Below are positions 1 through 10,500 of a DNA stretch of 20,000 nucleotides, piece after piece. The DNA lies in IMG/VR virus record IMGVR_UViG_3300025015_000723, positions 55,125 through 75,124 of that record. One strand, given 5' to 3'. The notes below the pieces were generated by a model. That model searched no databases. It was not told the DNA's origin and worked only from the letters and a program-made list of their open reading frames with translations. The stretch comes from an uncultured virus (IMG/VR IMGVR_UViG_3300025015_000723) (lineage: Duplodnaviria; Heunggongvirae; Uroviricota; Caudoviricetes). How positions within the stretch are numbered: position 1 is the first letter of the stretch; the number at the start of each line of letters is the position of its first letter. The translations under genes were made by a program, and so were the position numbers.

Positions 1-106
1 TGGGAAACACAGACGTAATAATTCTAGTAGAATCATCCACATTATCAGTATTAACTACAATTTTATGTCCATAAGCAAAGTCAACACATCTAGCTTGATA
101 TATCAT
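1..106 (-). CDS. Hypothetical protein, N-terminal 35 aa only (runs off the window)
   Basis: Not in the ORF track. ATG at 106-104 overlaps the upstream TGA (ATGA). The frame is open to the edge: MIYQARCVDFAYGHKIVVNTDNVDDSTRIITSVFP. Confidence 0.7.
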   Translation of the reverse strand, partial: MIYQARCVDFAYGHKIVVNTDNVDDSTRIITSVFP

Positions 107-2619
107 CCCACACTCACTATGGTATCTAATTCAGATGTAATCATTTGTGCATCCGTGACAGTTAAACGAACAGTATATGTGCCAGAAAGAGCATAAAAAT
201 GCTCAAATGAAAATATGCCCCCTGATGAGACTGGATATAAAATTTGACCATCTCCCATGTCCACTGTTAATGTATGTGGAGCTAAGCCACGCGAAATAGA
301 AATCTCCATAATTAATTTACGAGGACAAAGTTGTTTATCTTCCGTTATATTACGTAATAAAATTATTGGCGCTCCGTATATTGAGATTGTAGAATTGACA
401 TCCAGTGTCTCCGAACACCCATTTGGATCCGTTAAATGTAAAGAAATGGTGTATTCGGCAGGAGTAGTGTAAGTGTGTGTTTGATCAGCTCCAGAATTCA
501 CTTCTCCATCACCAAAATCCCAAGAATATTCATATTGGTTTGGTAATCCAGTAGAAGTAACACATGGAGCTAAATCAATTGTATATCCCGGGAGTCTATC
601 ATTTCCTATTACATTAGTAACCATATAATTAATATAAGCATCCAATCGTGGATAAATAACAAAATCTATACTTCCACTAATGACAGTTCCCATGGCATCT
701 GTTACCACTATTGATACAGTGTGCTCTCCTTCTTCAAATACTTCGGCCAATAATTCACCAACATCATTAACAGAAACAGCATCCACGGCCCATACATATT
801 CATATGGTTCCAAGCCCCCAGCAACAATAGCTGTAAAGCTTTTAGATACATTTGGACAATTTACTGCATCAGATTCTAAATTAAGGGTAAGTGGTTCCAC
901 TGCAGTTACGTCAAATTCGGTGGGCCCCACGGCGCCGTGTGTGGTGCCAGGTAAAGGTAGTGTAACTTCATAACAGCCGTTTCCGTCTATAGAAATTCCA
1001 AACGGTTCTATAGTTAAATCTTCAACATATCTATATGCGACTGTTATACAAAATGGTTCCTGTGGAATAACGTGTGTGGGCACTGTTACGTTCACATATT
1101 CTGTTAACACTTCCACGTTACATGTTGCCTCTTGGGCTAAACCAGAAATTAAGTCTGTAGCAATAAAAGTTACAACATATACACCAGCAATAATATAAGT
1201 ATGAGTGGGTGAGGGGTCCGTGGAGGTTGTTTCGTCTCCAAAGTCCCATGAATAAGACATTGTATGATAGTTTAAATCTGGAACACCAGCATCTAATACT
1301 AAGTTTCCAGAGCTATCAAATACTGTTGGTCCAAAAGACACAGTTCTATTTTCATATATCGGCTGTAAATTACCACAGCGCATATTTACAATTGGTGAAA
1401 AATAAGTAATGCACGTATTAGTGGGATCTTCTCCGGCCAACACATCGGTATTACAACCCAATGTGGGTGAACCGGGACTGTAAAATTTAGTTTGGACATC
1501 TTCATCAATGGAATTTGCCGTGTCTTCATCATATCTTTTAGCCGCTTTTCGTGCTAATGTTAACGTTGAGGCGGCATAAGCAGAAATTTCCAACTCTGGA
1601 TCCGTGGAGGCCAGAGCATCTGTATATAAATTATTTAACGTTCGCGTAACGGTTGTTGGCTTAACATATTTACGAGCAGCTAATTCTATTAAAGCATCCG
1701 CTATTATTGCTTTGGTTAGGGCTTTATGAAATAATGAATTATCTGCGTCAATGACTGGGGCTTCCGCGATGTAACTTTCATATTTTAATATCCCCAAGGA
1801 ATCATATATAGCATAATCAAATGCGTCTAAACGAATAGCCGCAAAATATACTACATAATCATCAGGGGTGCCACTTACTTGAAAAAAAGACCCAGGAACA
1901 TCTACATATGCTCCACCATATAAATCAGTAACTTTAAAGGGCTGGATAGTTGGATTTCTCTCCACGGTAACAAAATATCCATCTGTAGAGACTTCTGATA
2001 TTATCCAATTATAAGCCTTCATAGTAGTTATAATAGAGTTTCTAGTAGCTACATCAATACCTGATGAAGTATTTAATGATAATTTATCTAAAACCAAATT
2101 TCCATCTACAAATGAACTATCTATCCAAGCTCCATCAATTGGAGATTCTGTTAAATATATATCTCTAATTACAATTTTATCTCCAGCTACAACACCTAAA
2201 GAAATAAAATCATAATTTGAAGTTTCCATCAACATTAATTCACTATCTATTTCATAAGCGTTTCCAACTACTGAGCCCTCATATTGATAACGCGTTGGTT
2301 CCGCGTTTCTAGATTGATTAATAATGGGAGGATCATCAATAAGATCTGCTAAATAATCCTCTTCCGTTGTTGACACATAATCGGCGTCACCCAATCGTCC
2401 CAAAGCATAAACACAAGAATTAATAATTGCTTGACCTATAGAGCCCGATACCAACACAAATTCTGAACTTGGACCATTAATACGACCCTTGAAAGCATCT
2501 ATAATAGCTGGCGTATTAGCTTGCACTCTAATAGCCTCTTGCACGCCGCCCAGGCGAATTGTGGCAACTGGATCGTTAATGCGACTTAATAGATCGGCTT
2601 CGTCAAATGCACAATACAT
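103..2619 (-). CDS. PKD (Ig-like) repeat protein with HEAT-like N-terminal helices; probable virion structural/adhesion protein (838 aa)
   Basis: PKD signatures SYSWDFGDETTSTDPSPTHTY (W458) and EYSWDFGDGEVNSGADQTHTYTTPAEYTISLHLTD (W700), plus degenerate copies YEYVWAV..GEHTVSIVVTDA (W610) and TVDMGDGQ..HFYALSGTYTVRLTVTDA. GGAGG lies 6 nt before the ATG; TAATG overlap with the upstream gene. Confidence 0.85.
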   Translation of the reverse strand: MYCAFDEADLLSRINDPVATIRLGGVQEAIRVQANTPAIIDAFKGRINGPSSEFVLVSGSIGQAIINSCVYALGRLGDADYVSTTEEDYLADLIDDPPIINQSRNAEPTRYQYEGSVVGNAYEIDSELMLMETSNYDFISLGVVAGDKIVIRDIYLTESPIDGAWIDSSFVDGNLVLDKLSLNTSSGIDVATRNSIITTMKAYNWIISEVSTDGYFVTVERNPTIQPFKVTDLYGGAYVDVPGSFFQVSGTPDDYVVYFAAIRLDAFDYAIYDSLGILKYESYIAEAPVIDADNSLFHKALTKAIIADALIELAARKYVKPTTVTRTLNNLYTDALASTDPELEISAYAASTLTLARKAAKRYDEDTANSIDEDVQTKFYSPGSPTLGCNTDVLAGEDPTNTCITYFSPIVNMRCGNLQPIYENRTVSFGPTVFDSSGNLVLDAGVPDLNYHTMSYSWDFGDETTSTDPSPTHTYIIAGVYVVTFIATDLISGLAQEATCNVEVLTEYVNVTVPTHVIPQEPFCITVAYRYVEDLTIEPFGISIDGNGCYEVTLPLPGTTHGAVGPTEFDVTAVEPLTLNLESDAVNCPNVSKSFTAIVAGGLEPYEYVWAVDAVSVNDVGELLAEVFEEGEHTVSIVVTDAMGTVISGSIDFVIYPRLDAYINYMVTNVIGNDRLPGYTIDLAPCVTSTGLPNQYEYSWDFGDGEVNSGADQTHTYTTPAEYTISLHLTDPNGCSETLDVNSTISIYGAPIILLRNITEDKQLCPRKLIMEISISRGLAPHTLTVDMGDGQILYPVSSGGIFSFEHFYALSGTYTVRLTVTDAQMITSELDTIVSVG

Positions 2620-3626
2620 TATCCGCCTCCGGGGCCACCAAATGCGGCGTATTTAAGTTCTCTGAATTTTTCTTTTACCAATGAAAGAGTATGATCAAAC
2701 ATTTTAAGAGAAATTCCTTCAGATTCCGTAATTAACACACTTAAAAAATTAAGCATATCTTGTAATGCAGCAAAAAAGGCCGCTAAAGCAGAGAGAATAG
2801 CCTGCAACACCTGAACCACTTCCGCTACTATTGTCCCCTGAATACCGATAGCGATGCCTGCCGCTTGCAATGCTGATAAAAATGCTCTTAATAATCCAAA
2901 AATTGAACAAATCATAGACTTAAGCATATTGGCTATTTTAAAAATATCATTAACTTTATCCATCGCCTTTTTTTCTTGGGTGTCCATATCATCAATTAAT
3001 TTTCTAATTTTACCAACACCCTTTTTCATAAGGTCTTTAGTATTTTTAATAGCCACTACCGCTTGCTGTGAATCCCACCAATTTTTAGCTGTTTCCTTCA
3101 TTATTTTAGAAAATTCACTTTTATTATCTTTCATTTGTTTAAGATTCATTTGTCTTCCGGCTATAGTAACATTCAAGTCGCTTAAAGTTTTAATATTCAT
3201 AAGCCCTTGGCCCTTAATACCAGCAGCACTTACAGCAATGTCTGTATGGATTTTAATAATACCCATGTTAATATCGCCAAGAGATTGAATGGATCCAGAT
3301 AACATCGAGATAGCAGAAGCGATTGGACCTAAATCTATAGCCCCAAGCGAAGCTCCCACAACTTGCGATAAAGCCTTTACTATAGATAAATAAATTCTTA
3401 ACGGGCCCATAACACAGAAGTCCATTTTATCTACAGCCTCTAGAGCACGTTGAATGTGCTCTTTATTAGAACATTCTGCAGCAGAAAGAGCCTCTGTAAT
3501 TGTTGTCACTCCTCCGGGTCCGCCTTGACCAGAACCACCAGACCCAAAGTCTCCAAATAAAGAACCTAGAAATTCATCTAACTTACCGCCAAATTCAATA
3601 TCATATTGGGTAGTACTGACTTGCAT
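2619..3626 (-). CDS. Hypothetical alpha-helical protein with long hydrophobic segments (335 aa)
   Basis: Long ORF with GAGGAG 6 nt before the ATG. Gly-rich linker near the N-terminus, Lys/Met-rich coiled-coil-like middle, hydrophobic stretch at residues ~238-300. Confidence 0.8.
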   Translation of the reverse strand: MQVSTTQYDIEFGGKLDEFLGSLFGDFGSGGSGQGGPGGVTTITEALSAAECSNKEHIQRALEAVDKMDFCVMGPLRIYLSIVKALSQVVGASLGAIDLGPIASAISMLSGSIQSLGDINMGIIKIHTDIAVSAAGIKGQGLMNIKTLSDLNVTIAGRQMNLKQMKDNKSEFSKIMKETAKNWWDSQQAVVAIKNTKDLMKKGVGKIRKLIDDMDTQEKKAMDKVNDIFKIANMLKSMICSIFGLLRAFLSALQAAGIAIGIQGTIVAEVVQVLQAILSALAAFFAALQDMLNFLSVLITESEGISLKMFDHTLSLVKEKFRELKYAAFGGPGGG

Positions 3627-6600
3627 TTACTTCTCCTCTGTGACCCCTAACTCTTTTCCACTATAGATCTTAACTCCATTAACTATATTTGTGAGATTGC
3701 CATTATATGTTTGTCTAATTTCTGGTGCATCATATACAAAATCAATTGCATCTGTAGCATGAATTTGCTCATGATATTTTTTAGTCGTAATGTCCACTTG
3801 AACAGAATCAGATTCCAATACCACAATTTTTACATTACCACTAACAGCTAAAATTAAGCCGTCTCCGGTATTAGAATCGCCAAAGTCATTTGTTTTAGTA
3901 TTACCAGGTTTAATTGATATATGTGCCCCACCAGCCATTTGGACATTAAGACTACGACCACCATCACCGCCTGGTCTATTGTCTTTTCCAAAATAAGCAC
4001 TCATAGAACCATCACAATGTATAATGGCACTACGATTCTTTTTATCTACACCAATTTGAGCTATCACCGACCCCGCCGTATCTAAAACAAGTGATTCTTT
4101 ATCTTTATTCATTCCCAACGTTAACCAGTTGGAGCCAAGTGTTTTTAAGTTTAAAGAGGTACCTTCATAATTAACTTGTTGTATTGCAGCTTGCCAGGTA
4201 GCATAATCATCTTTATGTGGGCGCGGTTCTTCGGCTCCCGCTGCCTGTCGAGTCGCCTGGTCAATGTGAGGGTGATACCCTACCTTCTCGTATTTCTTTC
4301 CACCGTTCGCTGGTCCTGTGCCATCTGGGTTAGCCTCAGACGAGTATTGATAGTCTGAATTTGAAGATGGATAACCCTGAAGCCCCTCATCTGTATTATG
4401 TTCTACATCTTCATTATCTTTACCTACAATTAATTTAATTCCACCCTTTAATAAACCATATAAAGATTTACCTTCATATTTGGTTTTTCCAACCGTTGTT
4501 TGAATGGCTCCATCACATTCTAATGATAAACTGCGATAATCGTCTATGTCTGCTCCCAACCAAGCTATAACCTGACCAGAAGTATCTAGACGTAAAGAAG
4601 TTCTATTTCCCTTACGATAAGTATAATCTAAATCGTCTCTGATGGTAAGTAACACATCGGCCTCAGTATTAATATTGATGCTACCGGCTTCTGTATCTCT
4701 TGCATCTGCCTTGAGAGTGAGTCTTTCATCATTATTTCTAGTTTCACTATCATATGAGCCCAAACCCTGCGAACGATGTCTATTATTAACAACATGGGCC
4801 ACTTCTTCAAATAGACCATGTTTAATTCTAGCTTTTCGAACCTCATCAGTAAGTTTTTTATTAATAACATTATTGGGTTCATGGTGATTTTTGGGATCAG
4901 CGGCCTCAAGAGATCTATCAGCTATTTTATTAGTTGACTCTGGCGTTTGTTTTCCCTTACCGTCGGGAAATGGTTGAGGTTCAGCTCCCTTAAAGGTGCC
5001 GTCTATTAAACGGGGATTGTAAGCAATTTTATCATGTCTCTCTTCATCAAATTCATCCCAAGTCTCAGTAGACTGAGAAGAATCAAAAAATCTATAACCA
5101 ACATTAATTTTACTATCTATATCAAAAGTCGTGTTTGGATTATAATCTCTAAAATAATGAATAAGTTTTCTACGTAACGATATACCATAATTAGCTTTAC
5201 CTATATGTAATTTCAATCCAGCCTTCATGTTTAAATCAAGGCTCAACTCCCTTTCAATGGACCTGCCTATAGTGCCAGTAATTGAACCATCTGTTTCAAA
5301 TACTAAAGATCGTCTATCATTAAATATTTTTTCTTGAGAAGATTTACCGCTTCGGGCAGCTACTTTAGTGTCTCCCCACGGAGCCTCAGCTTGGCATTCG
5401 CAAGGTTGTACATCGTACATTCTACCTAAACGTAAAATTGCTCCGCCACGTAAATCCGCTACAAGAGATTTCCAATCTGCATGATCGCGCCCGATTGACA
5501 GATCCATACGACCATCTAAACTAATTTTTGCAGATTGACCTATAGGACAATAAGCTTTAGTGTGACTATCTCCAGACGCATTATCAAATAAATCAGTTTT
5601 TTCTTGACTAGACGCTGTGCCAGTTTCAGCATTAGCTCCAACAGGAGAAAGCATAGCATAGTGTTTTACGCCTACATTATCTGTTAAAACTCGAAGTTCA
5701 CCACCAATCGTATTTAAAGAAGTTTGATGAACAGGATGATAAAGCTCACCACCATAACGTTTAATGCGTTGAAAAAGCTCTAAGTTTTTAGTTTTAGAGC
5801 GCACATGATTTTCTTCTGGACTGCTTTGTATTGAAACTTCAGCGGTCTCATCAAGGTCATATTTAGTCCATTCTGCAATTGAATGAGTTAATGAAGAGGC
5901 TGGAACATGTAATTTAAAAGTTCCATTTTTATCAACAGAAAAATCGAATATTGGCGGTAAAAATGCACCCTTGTTAGACTTGAGTTCATTTAGGTCATCT
6001 GGATTAATATTACTCCAAATATCACTGTCCAACGCCGTATCATAGGCCCAGTTTTTAGATATTTGACCCTTAGCTAAGCCCTCAAATCGTCTTGCACCAT
6101 CTTTACCATCACTATGATGCATTTCTCTTTTATAGTCGGTTCCAAGTGTGTTAATCCTAATATTAAGTACAGTGGCATTATTAAGTAAAGTTGGGTAAGC
6201 TTTAGAAAGCTTATCTTCTTGAGTGCCCGAAACGCTCACGCCCTCAAGCAACACAGTATTAATTTCAGCATGAGAGGCAGAGTCGTCTGCGTGAATTGGC
6301 ATATGATTAATATCCAATACTAAGCCATTAATATCTACAAGTGGGCCATATACTATCTCAGCCAAATCATTGTCTGCTAATTCCAAAGTGTTAGATCGCA
6401 AATACACTTTTCTATAAAAATTTCTATTCTCGTCTTCTGCTTTAATTTGATCATCTAATGGATCTAAATATGAAGCAGCAAATTCACGATATACGATTCT
6501 ACATTCAGCTAAACCTTCATTTTTAGATTTATTGATGGGCGCCTGATTCATGTCTTTACTATTTTTACCAGCAAACTCTACCGTTGTTCTAAGGGCCAAG

Positions 6601-7232
6601 TGTTTAGCTTTAGCCCCTACTGTTAAAGCTATTCTATCTGCATCATCGCCCTTTTCTAAATCCAATCTCAAATCTTCATCTTTATTGGTAATACGATACA
6701 TATCTCGCTTAGTAGAACCCGCTCTTAAATTAAAGGCATCTGTAGCGTGGTAGTGTTTTCGTGAGACTAGAGTTGTAGAGCGTGTATCTGGAGAGAGTTT
6801 AAAATAATCCTCTCCCGTGGGACCGTCTATAACAACTGAACCGTTTGCAAGCACAGCAACGGCGGCATCGCCACCACTACCACTACTTAAAATATGATCA
6901 CCAGGTTTCCCTGTTCTATATGTAGAATGAAAGACTGAACGTTGACCAGTATTTTGATCAACCCCATCTTTATAAGATGCAAGTGGCAAACCCCCTATAA
7001 TATAAGGTATGCCATAAGTTGCATGTATAACTCCCACAACTTCGCCTGGGGCGTAAGCAGTGTGTAGACCACCACCAAATCCTGCACCAGGAAGTAAAGA
7101 GGTTACTCCCTTACGAATCTGATATGGAGAATTATCTCCATATGAAATATCATAAGTACCATCTCCGTTGGCAGTAACAATAGTTGCGAATCTTAAATCA
7201 GAAAAAGAATATTGCCTTTGTCCAGTTGCCAT
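3627..7232 (-). CDS. Putative baseplate central spike protein (T4 gp5 / P2 gpV-like), enlarged (1201 aa)
   Basis: N-terminus resembles the spike OB-fold (FATIVTANGDGTYDISY...YAPGEVVGVIHATYGIPYIIGGLP), followed by short beta-strand segments. The C-terminal half has ~22-aa beta repeats and ends in QTYNGNLTNIVNG. It lies downstream of the hub-like gene. Confidence 0.7.
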   Translation of the reverse strand: MATGQRQYSFSDLRFATIVTANGDGTYDISYGDNSPYQIRKGVTSLLPGAGFGGGLHTAYAPGEVVGVIHATYGIPYIIGGLPLASYKDGVDQNTGQRSVFHSTYRTGKPGDHILSSGSGGDAAVAVLANGSVVIDGPTGEDYFKLSPDTRSTTLVSRKHYHATDAFNLRAGSTKRDMYRITNKDEDLRLDLEKGDDADRIALTVGAKAKHLALRTTVEFAGKNSKDMNQAPINKSKNEGLAECRIVYREFAASYLDPLDDQIKAEDENRNFYRKVYLRSNTLELADNDLAEIVYGPLVDINGLVLDINHMPIHADDSASHAEINTVLLEGVSVSGTQEDKLSKAYPTLLNNATVLNIRINTLGTDYKREMHHSDGKDGARRFEGLAKGQISKNWAYDTALDSDIWSNINPDDLNELKSNKGAFLPPIFDFSVDKNGTFKLHVPASSLTHSIAEWTKYDLDETAEVSIQSSPEENHVRSKTKNLELFQRIKRYGGELYHPVHQTSLNTIGGELRVLTDNVGVKHYAMLSPVGANAETGTASSQEKTDLFDNASGDSHTKAYCPIGQSAKISLDGRMDLSIGRDHADWKSLVADLRGGAILRLGRMYDVQPCECQAEAPWGDTKVAARSGKSSQEKIFNDRRSLVFETDGSITGTIGRSIERELSLDLNMKAGLKLHIGKANYGISLRRKLIHYFRDYNPNTTFDIDSKINVGYRFFDSSQSTETWDEFDEERHDKIAYNPRLIDGTFKGAEPQPFPDGKGKQTPESTNKIADRSLEAADPKNHHEPNNVINKKLTDEVRKARIKHGLFEEVAHVVNNRHRSQGLGSYDSETRNNDERLTLKADARDTEAGSININTEADVLLTIRDDLDYTYRKGNRTSLRLDTSGQVIAWLGADIDDYRSLSLECDGAIQTTVGKTKYEGKSLYGLLKGGIKLIVGKDNEDVEHNTDEGLQGYPSSNSDYQYSSEANPDGTGPANGGKKYEKVGYHPHIDQATRQAAGAEEPRPHKDDYATWQAAIQQVNYEGTSLNLKTLGSNWLTLGMNKDKESLVLDTAGSVIAQIGVDKKNRSAIIHCDGSMSAYFGKDNRPGGDGGRSLNVQMAGGAHISIKPGNTKTNDFGDSNTGDGLILAVSGNVKIVVLESDSVQVDITTKKYHEQIHATDAIDFVYDAPEIRQTYNGNLTNIVNGVKIYSGKELGVTEEK
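3850..5537 (-). repeat. Protein-level repeat: ~12-13 copies of a 21-22 aa unit S-L-x-L-x-x-x-G-x-[IV]-x-x-x-[ILV]-G-[KR]
   Basis: Examples: SAKISLDGRMDLSIGR, SLVADLRGGAILRLGR, SLVFETDGSITGTIGR, SLDLNMKAGLKLHIGK, SLRLDTSGQVIAWLGA, SLSLECDGAIQTTVGK, SLYGLLKGGIKLIVGK, SLNLKTLGSNWLTLGM, SLVLDTAGSVIAQIGV, SAIIHCDGSMSAYFGK. Not evident at DNA level. Confidence 0.85.
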
Positions 7233-7244
7233 ATTTTCCTTGCC

Positions 7245-7559
7245 TTAAGCGAAATAGTCGATAAATATGAAAAGTTGAGAACCGTTACCACTCACGCTAT
7301 CAATACGTGTTTCAGTATGAAAATTAAATATGTCTGCTGCGTTACCCAATTCGGTTTTTAATTCAGCTATTACCACATTACAATTTTTAATTGTTAGGGT
7401 GTCTAATTCGGCCATAGATTTAATGATGCCCGACTGTTGAAGTTCAACTACTTTCTGTGGATCATATAACACCACCAAATAAGTGTCGATGGAACCGTGT
7501 CCAGAAAAAGCATCTGCCACTTGACGTAATTTGATTAATAGTGTATCTATATCTGTCAT
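7245..7559 (-). CDS. Hypothetical protein (104 aa)
   Basis: Fills the gap between hub and spike genes (1 nt after the upstream TAA, 12 nt before the next ATG). GAGGGA upstream. No recognisable motif. Confidence 0.75.
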   Translation of the reverse strand: MTDIDTLLIKLRQVADAFSGHGSIDTYLVVLYDPQKVVELQQSGIIKSMAELDTLTIKNCNVVIAELKTELGNAADIFNFHTETRIDSVSGNGSQLFIFIDYFA

Positions 7560-7560
7560 A

Positions 7561-10500
7561 TTATCCCTCTGTAAGTCCTGGAGATTGAGTAGCGGATCTT
7601 AATTCTGATACCAATTTTAATTCATGTTCAGCCCTATCATAATAGAGGGAGGCCCTTAATCTATCAACTATGCTCGGATCCCAAGTAGCCTTAATAATAT
7701 TCTCTTTATCGCAATTTAAACCGCATATTTCATTCCATTCTACAGAGTGAGTATTGCTAGACGGATCGCTCGTGGCATTTTTTATTTTATCTCTTTTGAA
7801 CTCAAGTAATTTAGTGAAATTAGATACATCATAACTCGTTAAAAATCTAGTATCATGAGATAGCAATGCTGCAGTTTGATCATATGGATTAGGAATCCAA
7901 ACTCCAGGATAGTGTCCATACCCCAAAGAAAGAGTAGTGGTAAATTGACCACTATAAGAAAAATTATGAGCCACTTTTGTTACATAAAATAACATATTAC
8001 GGCTTTCCACATATATAACTTCCCCTGTCTGATAAAACGGATTACCAATTATTTGTATTGAACCACTCAGCAGCGCAGAATACTGCCTGGTTAAATAAGC
8101 AGAAACGTATGGCATACCCTGGCTTTGAGCATTGGTTATAAATGCTTTTTGTACTTTTTCTTCTCTAAATCCATAATGATACCACAAATCAAAATCCACT
8201 CCAGCTGCAGTTAAATAAACTGGAATTCCAGGAGTATCAGTAAGTCCATCATATTTGCCCAGTACATTTAAGCGGCAAAATTTAGGTTCACTCTCATCGA
8301 AAGACCAACTTAATATATTTTTATCTTTAATATAATAATGTGACCTGGCGGACGAAGATGGAAGAATAGAATCCCCAAATATTTCCTTAGCCACACCTTC
8401 TTCTGAAATTGGATAATCCACCTCTACTAAATGTGCTAATAAATATTTATATTGATATGCCCTTACCCAAGATTTATCTATACCTGGTAAATATTTTAAT
8501 AATCTCTGGCTAGCTGCGTCAGTGCCGATTTGTCTTTCCCAATCTGCCCAACTACCAGCTTCCGCAAAATCTGGTGAGTTTTTCAAAAATGATAAAACAT
8601 ATGGTAGAATTTTTTCTTTAAACACACTCAATGGAACTCGATTATATTGTGGCTTTCTATACCAAAGATTACCCTGTGCGTCTGGAAAAAATTCCCAATC
8701 TAATTGCTCTACGACGTCTTCACATATTTGTTTAGGATTTAATCTATCCGTATCCCAGAGTTCCATGTTTTGATTGACTTGAAAATTAAACGCCCTTACA
8801 GCTATACTAGCCATATAAGTCATATCTATAATCACAAAATTCTGATCTATGTTCATAACTACATCGCTACGTTTATTTTGCAATACAGCTAACTGGGCAT
8901 CTCTATAATTGATACATTTTAATAACGCATCATCATCGGGGGCATCTACACTTGGATAACCACCAATTACACTATCAACTCTAAATTCAGTTATATCGTC
9001 CTTGTGAATATTACTTAACTCTAATATTTTAAGTTGATCTAATTCTTCGTCTATCTGGGCCCCGGTAATTTTCATATCAGCCCAAGCAAGCGAGGTGCTT
9101 CTTTTGCCCGTTGCTACAATATTTCTGTACTTTCCGACTTGACCATAGGTTGATAACACAATTTGTTCTGACAGGGTTTGACCTGGAAATATAGCACCAT
9201 TAATAAGTGCTCTAAATTTTTCATTTTCTTTAAGTGCTTCTGTTCTTGGGACCCCCTGAGGAGATGGAAGTGGAGTGGAATCTTCCGCGCTATCAAACAT
9301 AATTACTTGATGTATATATTGCTCATCTTTAAATGTTTTAGGGTCATATAGAGAAATATCTGCTGGTATCCATCCAAATGGTGTGAAATCTCCAAAAGCT
9401 TTATTTTGAGCATTGGCGGCAATTTGCAATAAATTAATCCATTTATCTGGAATTGGAGACTGTGCAATTTTTGTATCCAAATATCTTCTAAAAGAATGAT
9501 TAGAATCTGGAATAGAGGCTTTCATGGATAATTGTGGATTAAAGGCCAACCCAGTAGTAATCACAGATATAATGTTTGCAGAATCCAATGATTGAAGAGG
9601 TGCCTTCTCAAAGGCTAACCCAACTCGTTTAACGTAATCAGAGGTCATAGATTCCAAAGCAGTAGCTCTGTCGTATGCGCTTGTAAAAATAGCCATAGAG
9701 TTAGCATTACCCGCCACAAAATATTGACCATGTCTCCAACTAAAATGTCCCGTTGGAGTAACGGTCTCGTCAGTTTCTACTTTTACCTCTACGTCAATCG
9801 GGTCATACAAATAACCACCAAAGTTAGTAACTGATGGTGAATTAATAAATCTTGTCATTTCTAAAAATCTCATTACCGAAGAAGCATTAATATTTACAGT
9901 ATGAACTCCGTCATTATAGGCTTCTGATACCCGAGTGACAACGCCACTAAAAACTTGCATTCCCCCAGAAAGAGCAAACACCATAAACTGACTTAAATCT
10001 TTAGGGATAGTTGTAGGACTTAAACCAAAAGCCTTAAATCTGGTTTCAATATCTGCCATTTCTGTTTTATAATCATTAAGTTGATTTAATTGTTCCGTAT
10101 ATGCTGTAATTTGATTATCATATTCCTGTGTAGCTTGATTTGCCGCTAAATATTCAGACATTTGTTTATTTGAATTAGCTTCGGCGGAGACATCCGCTTC
10201 AACCTGACCAGCAATTGCGGGGTCAGAAGTTTGAACAGAAGTTGTTTCTTCTTTGGCTGTAGCGTCTTGAGAAGACATAAAATTATCACTAGAAGATTGA
10301 TTTAAACTAGATAAATAATCCTTCAACAGCCAAAGAGCCTCTGACACCACTGCACTAGTGTCCGCATCATAGGTCACACTATTGTTTTCCGCGCATTGAG
10401 CATTGCTTTGATTGTAATTAAATAAACCTAAAGTATCCCAAAAATTATCTTTATACCAACAGGATCCCCTATTGTTACCAACAAACCTTAAAGTATCTGT

